NCBI GenBank assembly: GCA_008632985.1
Contig: QPGO01000051.1
Span: forward strand, 62,001 to 126,000
Direction of reading: 5' to 3'
Source of the DNA: Psammoneis japonica
Taxonomy: Eukaryota
Length of the DNA stretch: 64,000 nucleotides
Both the position numbers and the translations under genes were made by a program. Positions 1-12,507 of the stretch are shown one piece after another. The notes beneath the pieces were generated by a model, which saw only the letters and a program-made list of their open reading frames with translations, did not search any database and was not told where the DNA came from. Positions within the stretch are counted from its first letter, which is position 1, and each line of letters begins with the position of its first letter.

Positions 1-1750
1 AGGCCGACCTCGTAGCTGATCATGAAGCTGAGGGTGAAGTTCGCCTTGAAAAAGAAGACCGATTTTGTCAACCCTGCTGCCACAATCAGAGCAAACACCA
101 TCAAGTGATGAAAGAGGAGCCTTGAGGTCTGTTTGCTGAATGTGAAGCATCCCAGTGGCGCTGAGAAAATCCTCCGAGCACAGACGGGGGTCTTTGATGT
201 TGTCAAAGTTCAGAATGGCAGAGAATGCAAAGGACGCCACACCAGCTGGCATGGTTTCGCCGCAAAAGACAATCCAGGCATGAATCGTCGTTCAACCATG
301 ATGCCAACGAAAAACTCAACATTGTCTGCACTCGCACAAAGTTCCTTCAGTGCCCTTGTTGCCTCTGATGAAGCTCTGAAGTCTTCAAAGCTCTCCAGTC
401 GAGGGAGATGGAAATGCTCCCGATGGTCATTGAAACCTTGCATCCCTTGAGTTTGCTCATCCTGGATCGTTTGAACTGCGACCTCCTTTGGACAAAAAGG
501 AACATTGAACGCTTCGATGCTCCCCATGGGAGTGCAATGGAAGGCTCACAAAAAGTCGGCGGGATGATGTTGGGAGTGCATTTCAGGCTTCCAAAGAAAG
601 TCCAGCCAGGGGCCCTGTGCTCTCTAACTTTCAAACTCAGATTTTCTTGCCACGACTTGTCTGCAAGTTGTGCAGTTTCCCGCCAAAATCCTCAATCCGT
701 TGGGCCGCGCCTCTTGCACTGCTGCTCATTCTTTTGAAACACTTGCCTGTCCATGGAATGTGATGATGCTGTGGCCTCTTAAAGCCAACAAACCCAAGCA
801 AGATTGCAGTGACACTCCAGCAGTTAGAAGGGCAAAGGAAGGCCTCCTGCTCTGCAGCCACCAAGAGGAGCACCACATCATGTGTCAAGAAGTTGGTGAC
901 TTGCTGCTGATGCAAGTGGCTTTCTTGGATGTTGGATGCTGACTGGGCTGTTTTTTGGTGTGACAAACATGCGACAAAAGTCGACACATGATGCGCTCCA
1001 GCCGAGTTTCTTCAGCCCCTGAAAAAACCTGTGTGGCCTGCTCTGAGCCATGAGCCACATGCAGTGACTTGCAAAGCACAGCAAAACAACACACAGGTCC
1101 ATTGCCGGTGGCTCAATGTGCGCCGCGACCTGCAAGCAGCGCGTCCCATTGATGTGCAGCTGCGACGGCCCAAACCCGGGTGGCGCCCCCCCACATGCAT
1201 TTGACAGAGTGTCTCATCATGATGCTGCCATGATCTAAAATTGGTGGTTGTCAATTGGTGATTGTGCATCAATGACTGCATGAGCAGCTGAAACTCTGGT
1301 GCACAAGGCAGAATTTGCTGAGGTCGCTGTGTGAAAAAAGAGCTGCTCCACATTGTGACGTGGGCCCACAGAATTCCATGTGCAAGCCCCGCAGTGTGAC
1401 AATTTGGTCAATGGACCACCTGTCTTCAATGTCCAAAGCTTGACATTTGGCATTTTTTCAAATCTGCCTGCCGACGCCACTCTTTTGAGACACGTTTGAG
1501 GGTGCTGCTGGTGGCTGCAAAAAATGCCAAAAGTTGTTGAGTTGATTTTCCAACAATTGCGCCACAAAATGACACACAAAATGTTGCCAAAGCTATGCAG
1601 AAATGTGAGAACATGACATGAGGCACATGACAAAAACTTCTGTGTCACAGCCCAGTGCTGCCAAGGCATTACGTGTCAGCAAAATCACAGCAGCTGATGA
1701 TTTTTTTCAGGATTGCACCACAGACCCCATGGACGGGTTCCAGTCCTAGG
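1..1750. mobile_element. Degenerate, TpA-depleted repeat or transposon-like relic (family not identifiable)
   Basis: Only a handful of TA dinucleotides in 1.7 kb. Overlapping Cys/His-rich, nearly Tyr-free ORFs occur in all frames with no coherent protein. 1350-1550 is a converted copy of 1760-1980. Confidence 0.5.
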
Positions 1751-1980
1751 TGGGACTCCGTGTGACATTGGGCCCGTAGAATTCTACGTGCGAGCTCCGT
1801 AGTACGAGAATTTAATTAATGCATATATTTATCTTCAACATCAAATAAACTGCCAAGTTTGTGGTACAATTATGCCTCTTGCCACTCGACGTTTTTGCAA
1901 ATGCGCCTGCCCTACGCGATTCTTAAGACATTATAGAATCGCGCTGTAACAAAAAATGTCAAAAGTTGTTGGACGGATCG
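1350..1980 (+). repeat. Diverged direct repeat pair (about 1350-1550 and about 1760-1980)
   Basis: gggcccacagaattccatgtgcaagccccgcagtgtgacaatttggtcaatg versus gggcccgtagaattctacgtgcgagctccgtagtacgagaatttaattaatg. Both end near aaaaaatgYcaaaagttgttg. Confidence 0.85.
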
Positions 1981-2148
1981 CTCAATAAGTGTACCGTNGC
2001 AAAGATTGACCACATCTCACTGGCCAATGTTCGTGTCAAAGTTCAGAAAGCTTGCCCAGATTTGGACACTGCACAAGCTGCTCAAGGGACCAATTGTTTC
2101 AAGAATTTGCTCTCAATCTCTGAAGCCTTCACAATGGAGATGCGGTGT

Positions 2149-2600
2149 AAAAAATTGGCTTTTTTCTCACGACAAATTTTTTGAACGCAAAGTGAACTTG
2201 GTCATTTCAACCACAACTCTGGCATGAGGCCCACTCAGAGCTGACAAACCAAGTTCCCTGGGATCTTCCAGCAGCTGCTTTGGTTCTTCTTGCGCTGTCT
2301 ACATGGCAACATCTCAGACACATCTCAGGCTGACCTGCACAACTCCTGTCACCAAGTGCTTTGATGTTCATGTGAAAAAATGGCTTTTGTCTCAGACAAA
2401 TTTTTTGAATGCAAAGTGAACTTGGTCATTTCAACCACACCTCTGGCATGAGGCCCACTCAGAGCTGACAAACCAAGTTCCCTGGGATCTTCCAGCAGCC
2501 GCTTTGGCTCTTCTTGCGCTGTCTGCATGGCAACATCTCAGACACACATCTCAGGCTGACACCTGCAGCACAACTCCTGTCACCAAGTGCTTTGATGTTC
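2149..2600 (+). repeat. Tandem duplication of an approximately 225 bp unit
   Basis: 2149-2369 and 2374-2600 are near-identical (aaaaaattggct...caccaagtgctttgatgttc). Confidence 0.95.
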
Positions 2601-2873
2601 TCTCATGCCTTCTACCAGTGTGGAAACGATGTTCACATGTGGAGAGGCTATCTTGACCGCGTGCGTAAAGAATTCATTTGTTAATCATTCGTTCAGGGGG
2701 ATTGATGGAAGCACAACTAACATCATGCCACTGATCTCGCTCGGATGCTTTTTGCGCGCGTAAAAATTTGAGGCGCGCGTATCGTGAAAATCTGTCGAGT
2801 TTTGCGAGTTTTCGAGTTTTCAGTTTTGATCATGATCAAGTTTTCTCAGTGAACTCCCAAACACGCTGCCACC

Positions 2874-3692
2874 ATGACCGCCTTTACTGCCACGAGAACC
2901 AACGTCCATGACGAAAACCTTCATGATGAGGACGTGAGAAATGAGAAAAGCCGAAAGCGCAAGCCTGAAAATCAAGGTAGTCGCAATGACGAGGAACAAG
3001 CGTCCAAGGACACGAAGGACAAACAACGTCCGACTGAGCTACTCGTTTGGGATGATTTATGGAGTAACGACAACGACGTGGTCACAAAAGCAACAGAGAC
3101 TCTTCTGACTCTTACTCACAAATCTAACCTGGCAGATGCGAAATCTACTTGTGACTTGGTTATTGAAGCAAGCGGGCATATTATCCTACTGAAGCATATT
3201 GAAGAGTCCCTCCAACACCACACTCGGCATGCTTTCATGGGTAACGCCTTAGGTCTGCTCTCAAATACATTACACTTCTGTCAGTATCACGCTGAGAAAG
3301 TTTCCAAGACGCCAAAGCTCGTGGAAACGGTTTTCAGGGTCATCCAAGGGTACCATTCCAGTTGTAGCGGGCGTGCAATCGGCCTCTTGGCAAATCTTTC
3401 CAAAGGGAATGCCGCCTTTTCGAAAGAAGTTTTTGAAGCAGGCGCGATTCCTCTAGTGTTTGAAAGTATGAAATACTTCCCCAGTGACAAGCACGTGCAG
3501 CTTTCCGGGGCTCTCTTGCTTCGGCAAGTTTTGTACAGCAACAAGGAGCAACGCAAAGGTATCATCAACGCTGCTCTCGCGGCCGGGGCAATATCTGTGC
3601 TTTCTAAGGCAAAGCAGTCATTTTCGAACGACAAGAGCATCAACAAACATGCCAACGGGTGCCTCAAGGTTTTGGAAGAGGAACGCTATTGA
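2874..3692 (+). CDS. Armadillo-like repeat protein, divergent member of the local family
   Basis: Intact 272 aa ORF. It shares RKRK, LVWDDLWS, VIEASGHI, GLLANL, FEAGAIP and ISVLSKAK motifs with the copies at 27.6, 40.6, 51.0 and 55.9 kb. Confidence 0.8.
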   Translation: MTAFTATRTNVHDENLHDEDVRNEKSRKRKPENQGSRNDEEQASKDTKDKQRPTELLVWDDLWSNDNDVVTKATETLLTLTHKSNLADAKSTCDLVIEASGHIILLKHIEESLQHHTRHAFMGNALGLLSNTLHFCQYHAEKVSKTPKLVETVFRVIQGYHSSCSGRAIGLLANLSKGNAAFSKEVFEAGAIPLVFESMKYFPSDKHVQLSGALLLRQVLYSNKEQRKGIINAALAAGAISVLSKAKQSFSNDKSINKHANGCLKVLEEERY

Positions 3693-3908
3693 ATGTTTCC
3701 TATTTCAATGAGCGAAGTAGAGATAGGGAAATATTCAATGAGCGAAGTAGAGATAGTTATTAGAAACCACTAATAGAATCAAGGTTGCTGGAATACTACG
3801 ATCAGCAATTCTTATAATACAGAGTGATAGATTCATGACAAGGATACTGGTTCTAGTCGGGTGAATTTACAGTATGTACTTTATTTTATGAGTTCAGTCT
3901 CTGTCACT

Positions 3909-5087
3909 TTAAACCCATTCCCTAGGGTTTTGTGCTGCGTCAAGAAAGTCTGCTTCGGGCGATCCCTCCGCCGGATGATGGTCATACTCCCAACGCGCTG
4001 TCTCTGGCAAACTCATCAAGATACTCTCGGTCCTACCGTTGGTCTTGAGTCCGAAAATTGTTCCACGGTCGTAGACAAGGTTGAACTCCACGTAGCGACC
4101 ACGTCGGAGTTGTTGCCACTGCTTTTGCTCTTCTGTGAATTCGTCATTCTTGTGCTTCTCAATGATTGGTCCGTATGCCTTGACAACATTGTTGACAGCG
4201 TCCTTGCAAAATTCAAAGATTTCTTCCTTGGGACGGTCGTTCAAGTCGTCAAAAAAGATTCCTCCAAGACCACGACGTTCGCCTCGGTGCTTGATCAAAA
4301 AGTACTCGTCCGCCCACTTTTTGAACTTGGGATAGTATTCCGGGTCGTGGCGGTCACAAACCTCTTTGTAAGTGCCATGGAAATGTTTCATGTCTTCCTC
4401 GTCAATGTAGCTGGGAGTAATGTCGGTTCCACCGCCAAACCACCAGCCGCGGTCGGTTTGAAAGATGCGGTAATTAAAGTGCATGGTGGGGCAGTGTGGA
4501 TTGCGTGGGTGCATGACACACGAGAGACCACAAGCGGCAAACGGAACATCGCTTCCCTCGCCACGGTCGTTCTTACGATCCAAGTCACTTTCCGTGGCGG
4601 CCCTCAATGCTTCTTGAGGCATTTTACCGTGCACGACAGACAAGTTGACTCCCGCCTTTTCCCATACATTTCCATCAGCTAAAACACGCGAGAATCCTCC
4701 TCCTCCAGTCTCACGGATCCAGCTGTCTTCTTGAAAGGTTGCCTTGCCATCAATTTCAGCAATAGCATCGGTGATTGAAATTTGGGCATCACGCAGCATC
4801 TTTTCCATCTTGATGAGCATTTCCTTGTCGCCGCCCTCAAAGTCAGGAATAAACTTTTCAGCCAATCCAACTCCAGTACTCTGAAGGGAAAAAAATATGG
4901 AATATGAGAAAATATAAGACAGAAGTGATCCAAAGTATGATTTTGTTCTCAGACTACTCACCGCATCGACCTCGGGTTCCGCCGTTGTCGAGGCGAGTTT
5001 TGTACTCCGCCGAACCGTTGAGAGAGGAGCAAAAGCGTTGGCTCCAGCAAGGCAAAGAGCCACGGAAACAGTAAAGTAAATCTTCAT
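3909..5087 (-). CDS. hemF: Oxygen-dependent coproporphyrinogen III oxidase, plastid-targeted; in-frame intron 4881-4961
   Basis: Motifs [42 protein letters not shown] and [16 protein letters not shown]. Signal peptide followed by ANAFAP. An 81 nt GT..AG intron. Confidence 0.97.
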   Translation of the reverse strand: MKIYFTVSVALCLAGANAFAPLSTVRRSTKLASTTAEPEVDAVSSLRTKSYFGSLLSYIFSYSIFFSLQSTGVGLAEKFIPDFEGGDKEMLIKMEKMLRDAQISITDAIAEIDGKATFQEDSWIRETGGGGFSRVLADGNVWEKAGVNLSVVHGKMPQEALRAATESDLDRKNDRGEGSDVPFAACGLSCVMHPRNPHCPTMHFNYRIFQTDRGWWFGGGTDITPSYIDEEDMKHFHGTYKEVCDRHDPEYYPKFKKWADEYFLIKHRGERRGLGGIFFDDLNDRPKEEIFEFCKDAVNNVVKAYGPIIEKHKNDEFTEEQKQWQQLRRGRYVEFNLVYDRGTIFGLKTNGRTESILMSLPETARWEYDHHPAEGSPEADFLDAAQNPREWV

Positions 5088-5816
5088 TTTTGTTCAATCA
5101 CCCGAAACTGAAATTGTGAGCAAAAGAAAACACGTATGTCATCGGCTTTATCGGAGGGAAAATCCGAATTGTTGAATGCAAATCCTGTGGTCAGCCATCA
5201 GAGTTCGGATTTGAAACAAAAATGAGGTTGCGCCACGGATCGGAAGGAAGCGAAAAAGTTCAACAACGACTCAAATGGGTCATGAGACACATTTGGTAGC
5301 GCTTTTTATTATTGTTCTCCAGCCTCTAAGTATTTTTATACTATAGTTCCTTCTCGCGTCACTCGGAGAAAGATGACGCCAAAAAGGGCGCGAAAAACAT
5401 GCGATAGTGGTTCTCAAAAATTGGCGCGTCGATCACACACTGAATTTTTGTATCGAAAAAAAGTTTATTGATAGGTATAATCATGAATACAGCATAATTT
5501 TAATTCCTACCATATTTTATAACAAGACATAAATATATATGCAGGTGTGGGAAATTGAAGCACTGATAGGTCGATAAATAAAGAAATAGAAATCCATAAT
5601 AAAATATATCGCAGCCAATCAAAAAAGGGCAATACTTTTGCTTCTTTCGTGGAAACATACTGGGATTTCTACATACGTCAGATCCACACAAAAGACATAC
5701 GAAAAGCATTCGGCTATTCATTGGCACTTGCCGGCACAGCGCATCACGCACAAAGCCATCACTGAGAAACTTTTCTCGCAACGAGAAACACAATTTTGAC
5801 TCTTTTATTACCGACC

Positions 5817-7262
5817 ATGTCGCACAGACCCATCAAACGTAGGTCATCGTCAAAGGATGATGCACTAATTAGTCATACAGAAGCTGCAAAAGACGAAGAA
5901 AAGACCATCCCCTTCCTACGGTACGTGATTCTTGTTTACGGCATGTTGTCCACGCTGGACAACTTCGATTTCGCTGGTCCGGTTTCGTCTATTGTAGAAC
6001 GTTTCAACGTTTGTCGTTGTGGCATTCTATGAATCGGTCTTGTATTGTTTGAATGTATCTGTCAGATTGGGTGTTCCATGCCTTTGTACATTCGTTTGTA
6101 AGGTCGCAATCATTCGCCATTGCCGTGATGTTTTGTTCTCTGCTACTGTACTGTACGTACAGTGTACAGTACTTCCAACACGTTGGCGCATAACCCTTTG
6201 CGATTTATTTTGATAAAAGATTTTGCGGGTGTTCGCTGATGACGTCCAATTGACCTGTGGAACCAATTTGATAGTTCCACGTGGAGTACATTTTAGAACG
6301 AGATCAATTCTGCACTGCCCCTTGAAATTTTGTCTCTAACTCTAGCTAGCTAGAGAGAGTGTAACTAACTTCTTTGTTTCCTCTCTTTCTAATCATAGAC
6401 GACTATGTGACATGCTAGAGGAAAATGGAAACGCAATATCGTTTTATCCTGGATGTAAGTTTTTGCCTGGTCGTTCTTTTGCAGTGTGCACTCTAGTAGA
6501 AGTGGTTGTATCTAATCCATCTTTCTGTCATCCATTTTTTTCAAAGGTCGCAAGAATGGTCAGGACGTTCTAGGAAGGATTGTAGTTCATGATAGGGCCA
6601 AAATGGAGGCCGAAGTTCTTCCAAAGTATTTCAATCACGCATCGTTTGCCAGTCTACGCCGCCAACTCAACTATTTTTCCTTTTCCCGCGTCGGAAAAGG
6701 GAGGACCAGGGGGGCAATTTACTGCAACGAGGCCGTTGTCGAGCTACACGATATATTGCAGCTCAAGCGCAGAACCTCAGGAAACCATGGCCCTAGCGCG
6801 TCTCAGGAAGCTATTCACCGAATCGAGACACCATCAGAGTCATCTACCACCAGCTCAGAGCCCGTGCTGATGGAACTAGAGTCGATCCGTAGCGGAGCCG
6901 ATGATCTTCCCGTCTTCTCTGTCGAGCATACTAGATCTTCAGGGGTGTTTAATTCTGTCATTCCAGTGGTTCACGTGCCGCTTAGTCATCACAAGGGGCC
7001 CAGGTCTTTGACTAAACGAACAAAGAACAAGCGCTGCACCCCGAAGCTCGTGTCTCCGCCAAGCACTTCACCGGTGCCACATGATCCACAAGAGCCACGC
7101 GTCACGCTTGACTTGACGGTCCCGCCTGCATCCATTGTGTGCACAAGTGAACAGTCGGGAGAGAGTCCCGCTTCTCTTCCCAAGGACGACGACATTCTTG
7201 AAGGATGCAACGCTCTCTTGTCCTTTTCAAGCGGGCTACGTCAACCAGTAGGCCTCGCGTAA
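5817..7262 (+). CDS. Heat-shock-factor (HSF-type DNA-binding domain) transcription factor, multi-exon
   Basis: Exons give ...PFLR, RLCDMLEEN...ISF and IVVHDRAKMEAEVLPKYFNHASFASLRRQLNYFSF. Putative introns at about 5921-6398 and about 6455-6546. Confidence 0.9.
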
Positions 7263-7563
7263 GGCTTGCCTGGGAGGGAGCAACTCTGGTTCAATTTATG
7301 TCATCATTGCCAACAGTGGCACTGGGTTTCATACGCTTCCATGCTATTATGACCACCTCCTTTCATAATAAATCTTTTCGTTCATTGCATAGCTTTTATC
7401 ATCAGGTTTGTGCTATCTTGTGTTTTAGGGATATCCTTCTAAAGTTCAACGTTGTAGCTAAGTCTAATTCAACTTTTCAATCGAGAATCGACTCAGTGTG
7501 CGACTAGTGTAGCCAACAAGGTTAGACAGAGTGGCATGCATAATAATATATAAACCCACATCT

Positions 7564-10500
7564 CTAGTAGAAACCTCCTCGAAAGTTGTCATAGGTATTG
7601 GATCTCCCTTTTCGTTGCTGTCGGTTGTTTTCTCCCTCTAGTCCATAAACGCCCGAGTTGCCCGTGCCAAAATCGCCAAATCCATAATTGAAGTCGACAC
7701 CTGGCACACTCAAGGTCTTCTTTCGAACTCGAGGAGGATTTTTCGCCACCCAATCAAGAAGCACATCTCGCTCGGCATTCATCTCGCTCCAGTTCATGGT
7801 TGGCTCAAATCCAAGCGCAGGAAGACGACGGGTACGAACATAGCGACCGCGACCATCTTCTCCGCCCGTGGGCAAAAACACCAAAGCGCCCGTTTCGTTG
7901 GCCTGAAGCACGGCAGGGCTGACGAAGTCTTGACGGAGCGTTTCTCCCGCTGCAATAACGCCTCTCACGGTTGTCTCATTTGGAGCAGGTGGCTCCTCTT
8001 CGTTTTCCACATCCACTTGCGTCCAGCTGGGCAAGTGATAAAAGAACTTGGTTGTAATCACGACGGTTGCGATAGTACCTCCTACAAGAGCAAGAACCCA
8101 ATATGTGTACAGAGCAATCTTGAACGGAGATCCGGGGGTAATATTAGAAAAAGCATCCACAGCAGCCCGGTATGCCTGAACAGCATTTGCGTGTGCCAAT
8201 ATCGGAAAGCAAAATGCAGCATGCGCGGGGGAGAACTCTTTTGTTCGAAACTTGTCCCAACGGGTCACCAAGCTCTGCACACTGGAAAGGAGTCCAATGA
8301 CTGCGAGGAAAAACAGAAAGTGCATGCACGGCAAATACACCATGCGATGAACGTGCTGGAATCTCGTCACGTCTGGGTGCTCCTCTTCAAACGATGGCTG
8401 AGCCATAATGGTCAACGCGTACAAAGAAATCGCGGGAGCCGACATTTGAATCCAACAAACCGGTGCTGACATTTTCTTGTTTAGCGTTACTCGAATCAAA
8501 CTAATCGGAAAGAAGAAAAAGTTCAGAGAAAGAGAAATCTGCGGAAAACAAGGGAAGAAAGACGGTATGAGACAAGCCACCTCAGATGCTTTCATCGTTG
8601 TACAACATCATTAAGAACACACTCACCGCCATTAGAAAGTGCCCTGGCATTGGATAGTAGAGCCATGTTTTCACAGCGCTTAAACCAATTCCAACCGTGT
8701 TGGGGAACCAACTCGGTTCCGGCATGATATGGTAAGCAAGCGCCATGTAAATAAACCAAATCACTAGTCCCAAGTGAAGCGTAGCCGCTGCAGACACTAG
8801 AACTTGTCCAAACCACCCTCTGCCAGCAAAGACGCAAACGGTCGTCATGCAAATGAGTCCTGCAGGTGACGACGTGGTGGGTGAACTCATTTCATCCATA
8901 ACGACTCGGGTGGCGATTAGGACCTTGGCCATGAATCCCATGGCTAAGACACCGGCTAAGGCAGAACAGACAAAATGAAAATTGACAGCCAGCCTGTACA
9001 GCCTATTGTGTGTGTCACAATAGAAGCAGCCAGGGAACTCCGGAAAGGTGCACTGAGAAGAATGAAAGTGCACAGGCTCGCAAGAGTGTAGATTCTCTTC
9101 TGCAAACTTAAACCACACAACTCCCAGGGTGGTAATGGCCAGAGCCACGGCTCCAATGGTAAGGGGCAAGTTACAAATAAAGGTTTCTGCCGTCGCAAAC
9201 AATTTAAGTGCGTAAGCTGTCACATTTGTGAATTCCTCTTCCAACCACCGACCCAGTCGTCTATGCAATCGATTGGCTTCTTCCAATTTTCTTGCAGCCT
9301 CGGCTTCAGCCCGTGCCTCCTCCTTCCACTGTGCAATCAGTTTGGCTCGTTCCTTTTCAAACATTTTGGCACGTTTCTTGGCCCACCGCTTGTGGTCGTA
9401 CTCGGACGACGACGACGACGAAGAGGAGTATGACACCCCACCCCCACCACCATCGTCTGAGGAACCCGAATCGGGCACGTGACGATGACGGCGGCGTCTT
9501 TCGCTCTTTTTGTTCTTACGGCGACTCTTCCCGCGGCTCTGTATGTATAAGAGAGATGTGAAAAGTTAGCAACTGACAAAACGGTATCATGACGCAATCG
9601 CTATTGCACATACCTTGCTCTGTTTGTTCAGCAACGCGGTTGTCTTTCGATTGTCCCATCGGACGGTTTGCTCATTGTACAGCGGAAGGTCGCCACTACG
9701 CCTACTGTCGCTCGAATACATTTCTTGTCGTGATCCTTCCCGAGACGAGATGCCGGGGGGAGGCAAGAGCGAGGTTCGTTCATTGGCTTCGTCTGATTCC
9801 AAACGACGTTCCGATGAAGTTTCATCCTCGCTCTCGTCTTGACTGCAAAACAAGAACAACGCAAATGCAGAATTGTCAGACAAACTTGAAAACAAACACA
9901 TACCATCACCAGGTCACAACACTCACCTGGACGACACAAAGGACGACGATGGTTGAATGGCTTCACGAGAAGCCCGCCGATAAGGATCTTCCGCCATTAT
10001 AGCAGCCGATCTTGCCGCAGCTGATTCCACTGGTTTTTGTTTCTGCGGCTTTCGCCCGGTATCGTTTTCTTCCCAGTTATCATTGTCAATCGATGATAGT
10101 CCCTGTCGATGGACACCACGACTGTTGGGTGGGCGTGGCGAATGAGAATTGGTCCTCCTGACGGTCGTTGCGGGTGGAAATGGCTGCTTGTTCATTTTGG
10201 CTCGTTGTCGTTCGGCTCGTTGCAGAAACGCTTGATTACGTTCATGGTATTCTTGTACATTGGGTTGCTGCTGCTGTTTGGGCGACTTGTTGAAGAGTCC
10301 AAGCAAAAATCCAGAACCACTGCTTTTACGACGATGGTGTTCCTTTTCCTTTTCACGAACAGGAGGTGGTTGCTGCTGCGGCTGTTTATTCTGTGGTGGG
10401 GGAGGAGGCGGCGGTGGAGGAGGGGGTGGCGGCGGCAGTGGCAAGGAGTGAATGTGGCGGCGCTGTTCTTGTTCCAGCAAATATCCCGCAATATCTTGAT

Positions 10501-11581
10501 CCAACCGATCGGTCAGAGACGCTCTTGGATTGTCCGACGCAGAACCCAACGATGACACACTTCCAGTACTTTCGTGGCGAATATGAGCGGCACTCATGGG
10601 TGGCGGTGGATGTGAGGGAGGTGGTGGCGGTGCTGGAGCAGAATGCTGTCGATGTCGACCAGCAGAATCGGACGATGTGTGGGAATCGGCACTTCCTAAT
10701 GGGCTGCGTTGACCAAAGCCTCCACCCGAAGGTGGTAAGCTACTCGAATACACGGGAGACGTGGATGGCGGACGCATAACTCCCTTTGAAATGGTATCCA
10801 AGGGAACAGGCCGACGCGCATGATAACTACCCGGAGTTAGCTGTTCGGCTCTGGGACTCGGATTGGAGGGATAAGTAATCTGTACACGTGGACCAGGCCC
10901 AGCAAAGTGTGCACCACTTCCGTACTGCTGATCGAAATAAGCGTGTTCTGATGGCGCTACTGGGATCTGAAATTGCTGCTGTTGCTGCTGAGCCTGTTGT
11001 TGCACTTGTTGCTGCTGCTGAGCTTGTTGTTGAGCCTGTTGTTGCGCTTGTTGCTGTTGCTGAGCTTGCTGCTGTTGCTGTCGTTGCTGCAATAATTTTC
11101 TTCGCTGATGATAGGGCAGTACTCTAGGATTGGTTTGATGAACTGGCGAAGGCAATCGCGGTGGTTGCGGTGTAAAGCTTCCCGAATTGGCGGAATCCAT
11201 GCTTCCCCATCGTTCGTGGTGACGTATGTACTCGTTGGGAGTTCCGCGAGGATACGAAAACACCAGAGAACCGTCACTGCCGTCCGAATCATAAAAGGAC
11301 TGCACAAACTGATGATTGGGTTGCGGGGTAAATTCTGAAGAATGCGTATTCAGAGCTAACGGAGGTGCGTGATCTGGCATGTCAACCGTGCGTCTTGCGG
11401 CGGAACCAGTTGTTGGTGTTGGTTCGTTGCTGGAGGCAGAACTGACATATGCGGAATCATAAGTCTGTACTCGATCGATCTGCTGCAGTCTTCGAGATGA
11501 TGAGTCGTCATCTTCTTCATTCCAACTGCCACTTCTTGCAGCTGCAGGCGGCGGCGGCGGTGGAGCACCATCTTCGCTCAT
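7564..11581 (-). CDS. SLAC1/TDT-family anion channel with a long Gln/Pro-rich N-terminal region; about 3 introns
   Basis: C-terminal multi-TM region with PSWFPNTVGI and FSPAHAAFCFPILA. GT-AG introns at about 9926-9843, 9613-9539 and 8626-8539 link ORFs 9923-11581, 9587-9901, 8582-9478 and 7564-8595. Confidence 0.75.
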
Positions 11582-12507
11582 GGTTCTTTAACTATGCCGA
11601 TTGCAGAAGAAGAATGAGGTTGGAGGTCAAAGAGAAAGCCGGAAGAGAGTGCGCGCAGAGCGACAACGACAGCCCGCGACTTCGCCTTTTTTTGTCGCCA
11701 GGCGAGATCGAAATGATCAAAGACATTTTATGAGTATACGTGTTCCAATGTTGAAATTTTAGTATCGTCATTTGAATTGTGCATTATTATTGCCTTTCGA
11801 ATGTCCAATTTATAGAAATGTCCCTTCCTGAAATGAAATTAGTTCAATGACATAACCGCCAGAAACCCGGCGAAACGTCTTTCTGTGCCCGCCCGTTCGC
11901 CTCTCCACCAGCCCACCAGCCACCAGCCTCCACACCATGCCTGCAATGCTGTACACCCTACCAGCATTCCTTTTGCCAGAATGTCAAAATTGTCACCACC
12001 GTTGATCACATCACTTCTTCCCCTTCCTACCGTGTTTTTGTTTCTTTCTACTCTGTGACATGCTCCTCAATGCACAGTGCTGGATTCGCTCCCCTCACTG
12101 TCTTTGCTGGAGAGACAACACGGCGCACATTTCTTGCTGACTGTGTGGTGACTGAAGAGATGGGCTTGGCAAGTGCAACTTGCAGAGAAACTTCTCATTG
12201 TGGACATGTGCATTACATCCACTCGAGTTGGAGTTGATGATTCTAATGTAGGGTTTGTTTTTGCTGTACAGCATATTTTTGAAAATTCAATACAATCATC
12301 ATAGCCGTAAAGTAACATTACGGTTCGGAAGAGAAGAACTCCCTCCAACGTCTGTACGGCGAACCTCATCACGCCAACTCAGTGAAATCGAAAAAATTTC
12401 GAACGCGACGCAACAACGCAAAGCACAACGTCGCCGCCTTGATCTTTCTTCCACCGTTGTGCATTGCAACACAGACACACACTTAAGTTTCTTTCTGTGC
12501 GTGTGTT

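Noticed and set aside
3705..3756. Two copies of tcaatgagcgaagtagagatag as a CRISPR-like array
   Set aside because: There are only two units with a very short spacer, in a eukaryotic 3' flank, and no cas genes. It is a simple local duplication.
3861..4682. 273 aa plus-strand ORF
   Set aside because: It is the antisense shadow of hemF.
10975..11090. CAG/CAA-type repeat as a non-coding satellite
   Set aside because: It encodes the polyQ/QQQA tract of the 7564-11581 gene.
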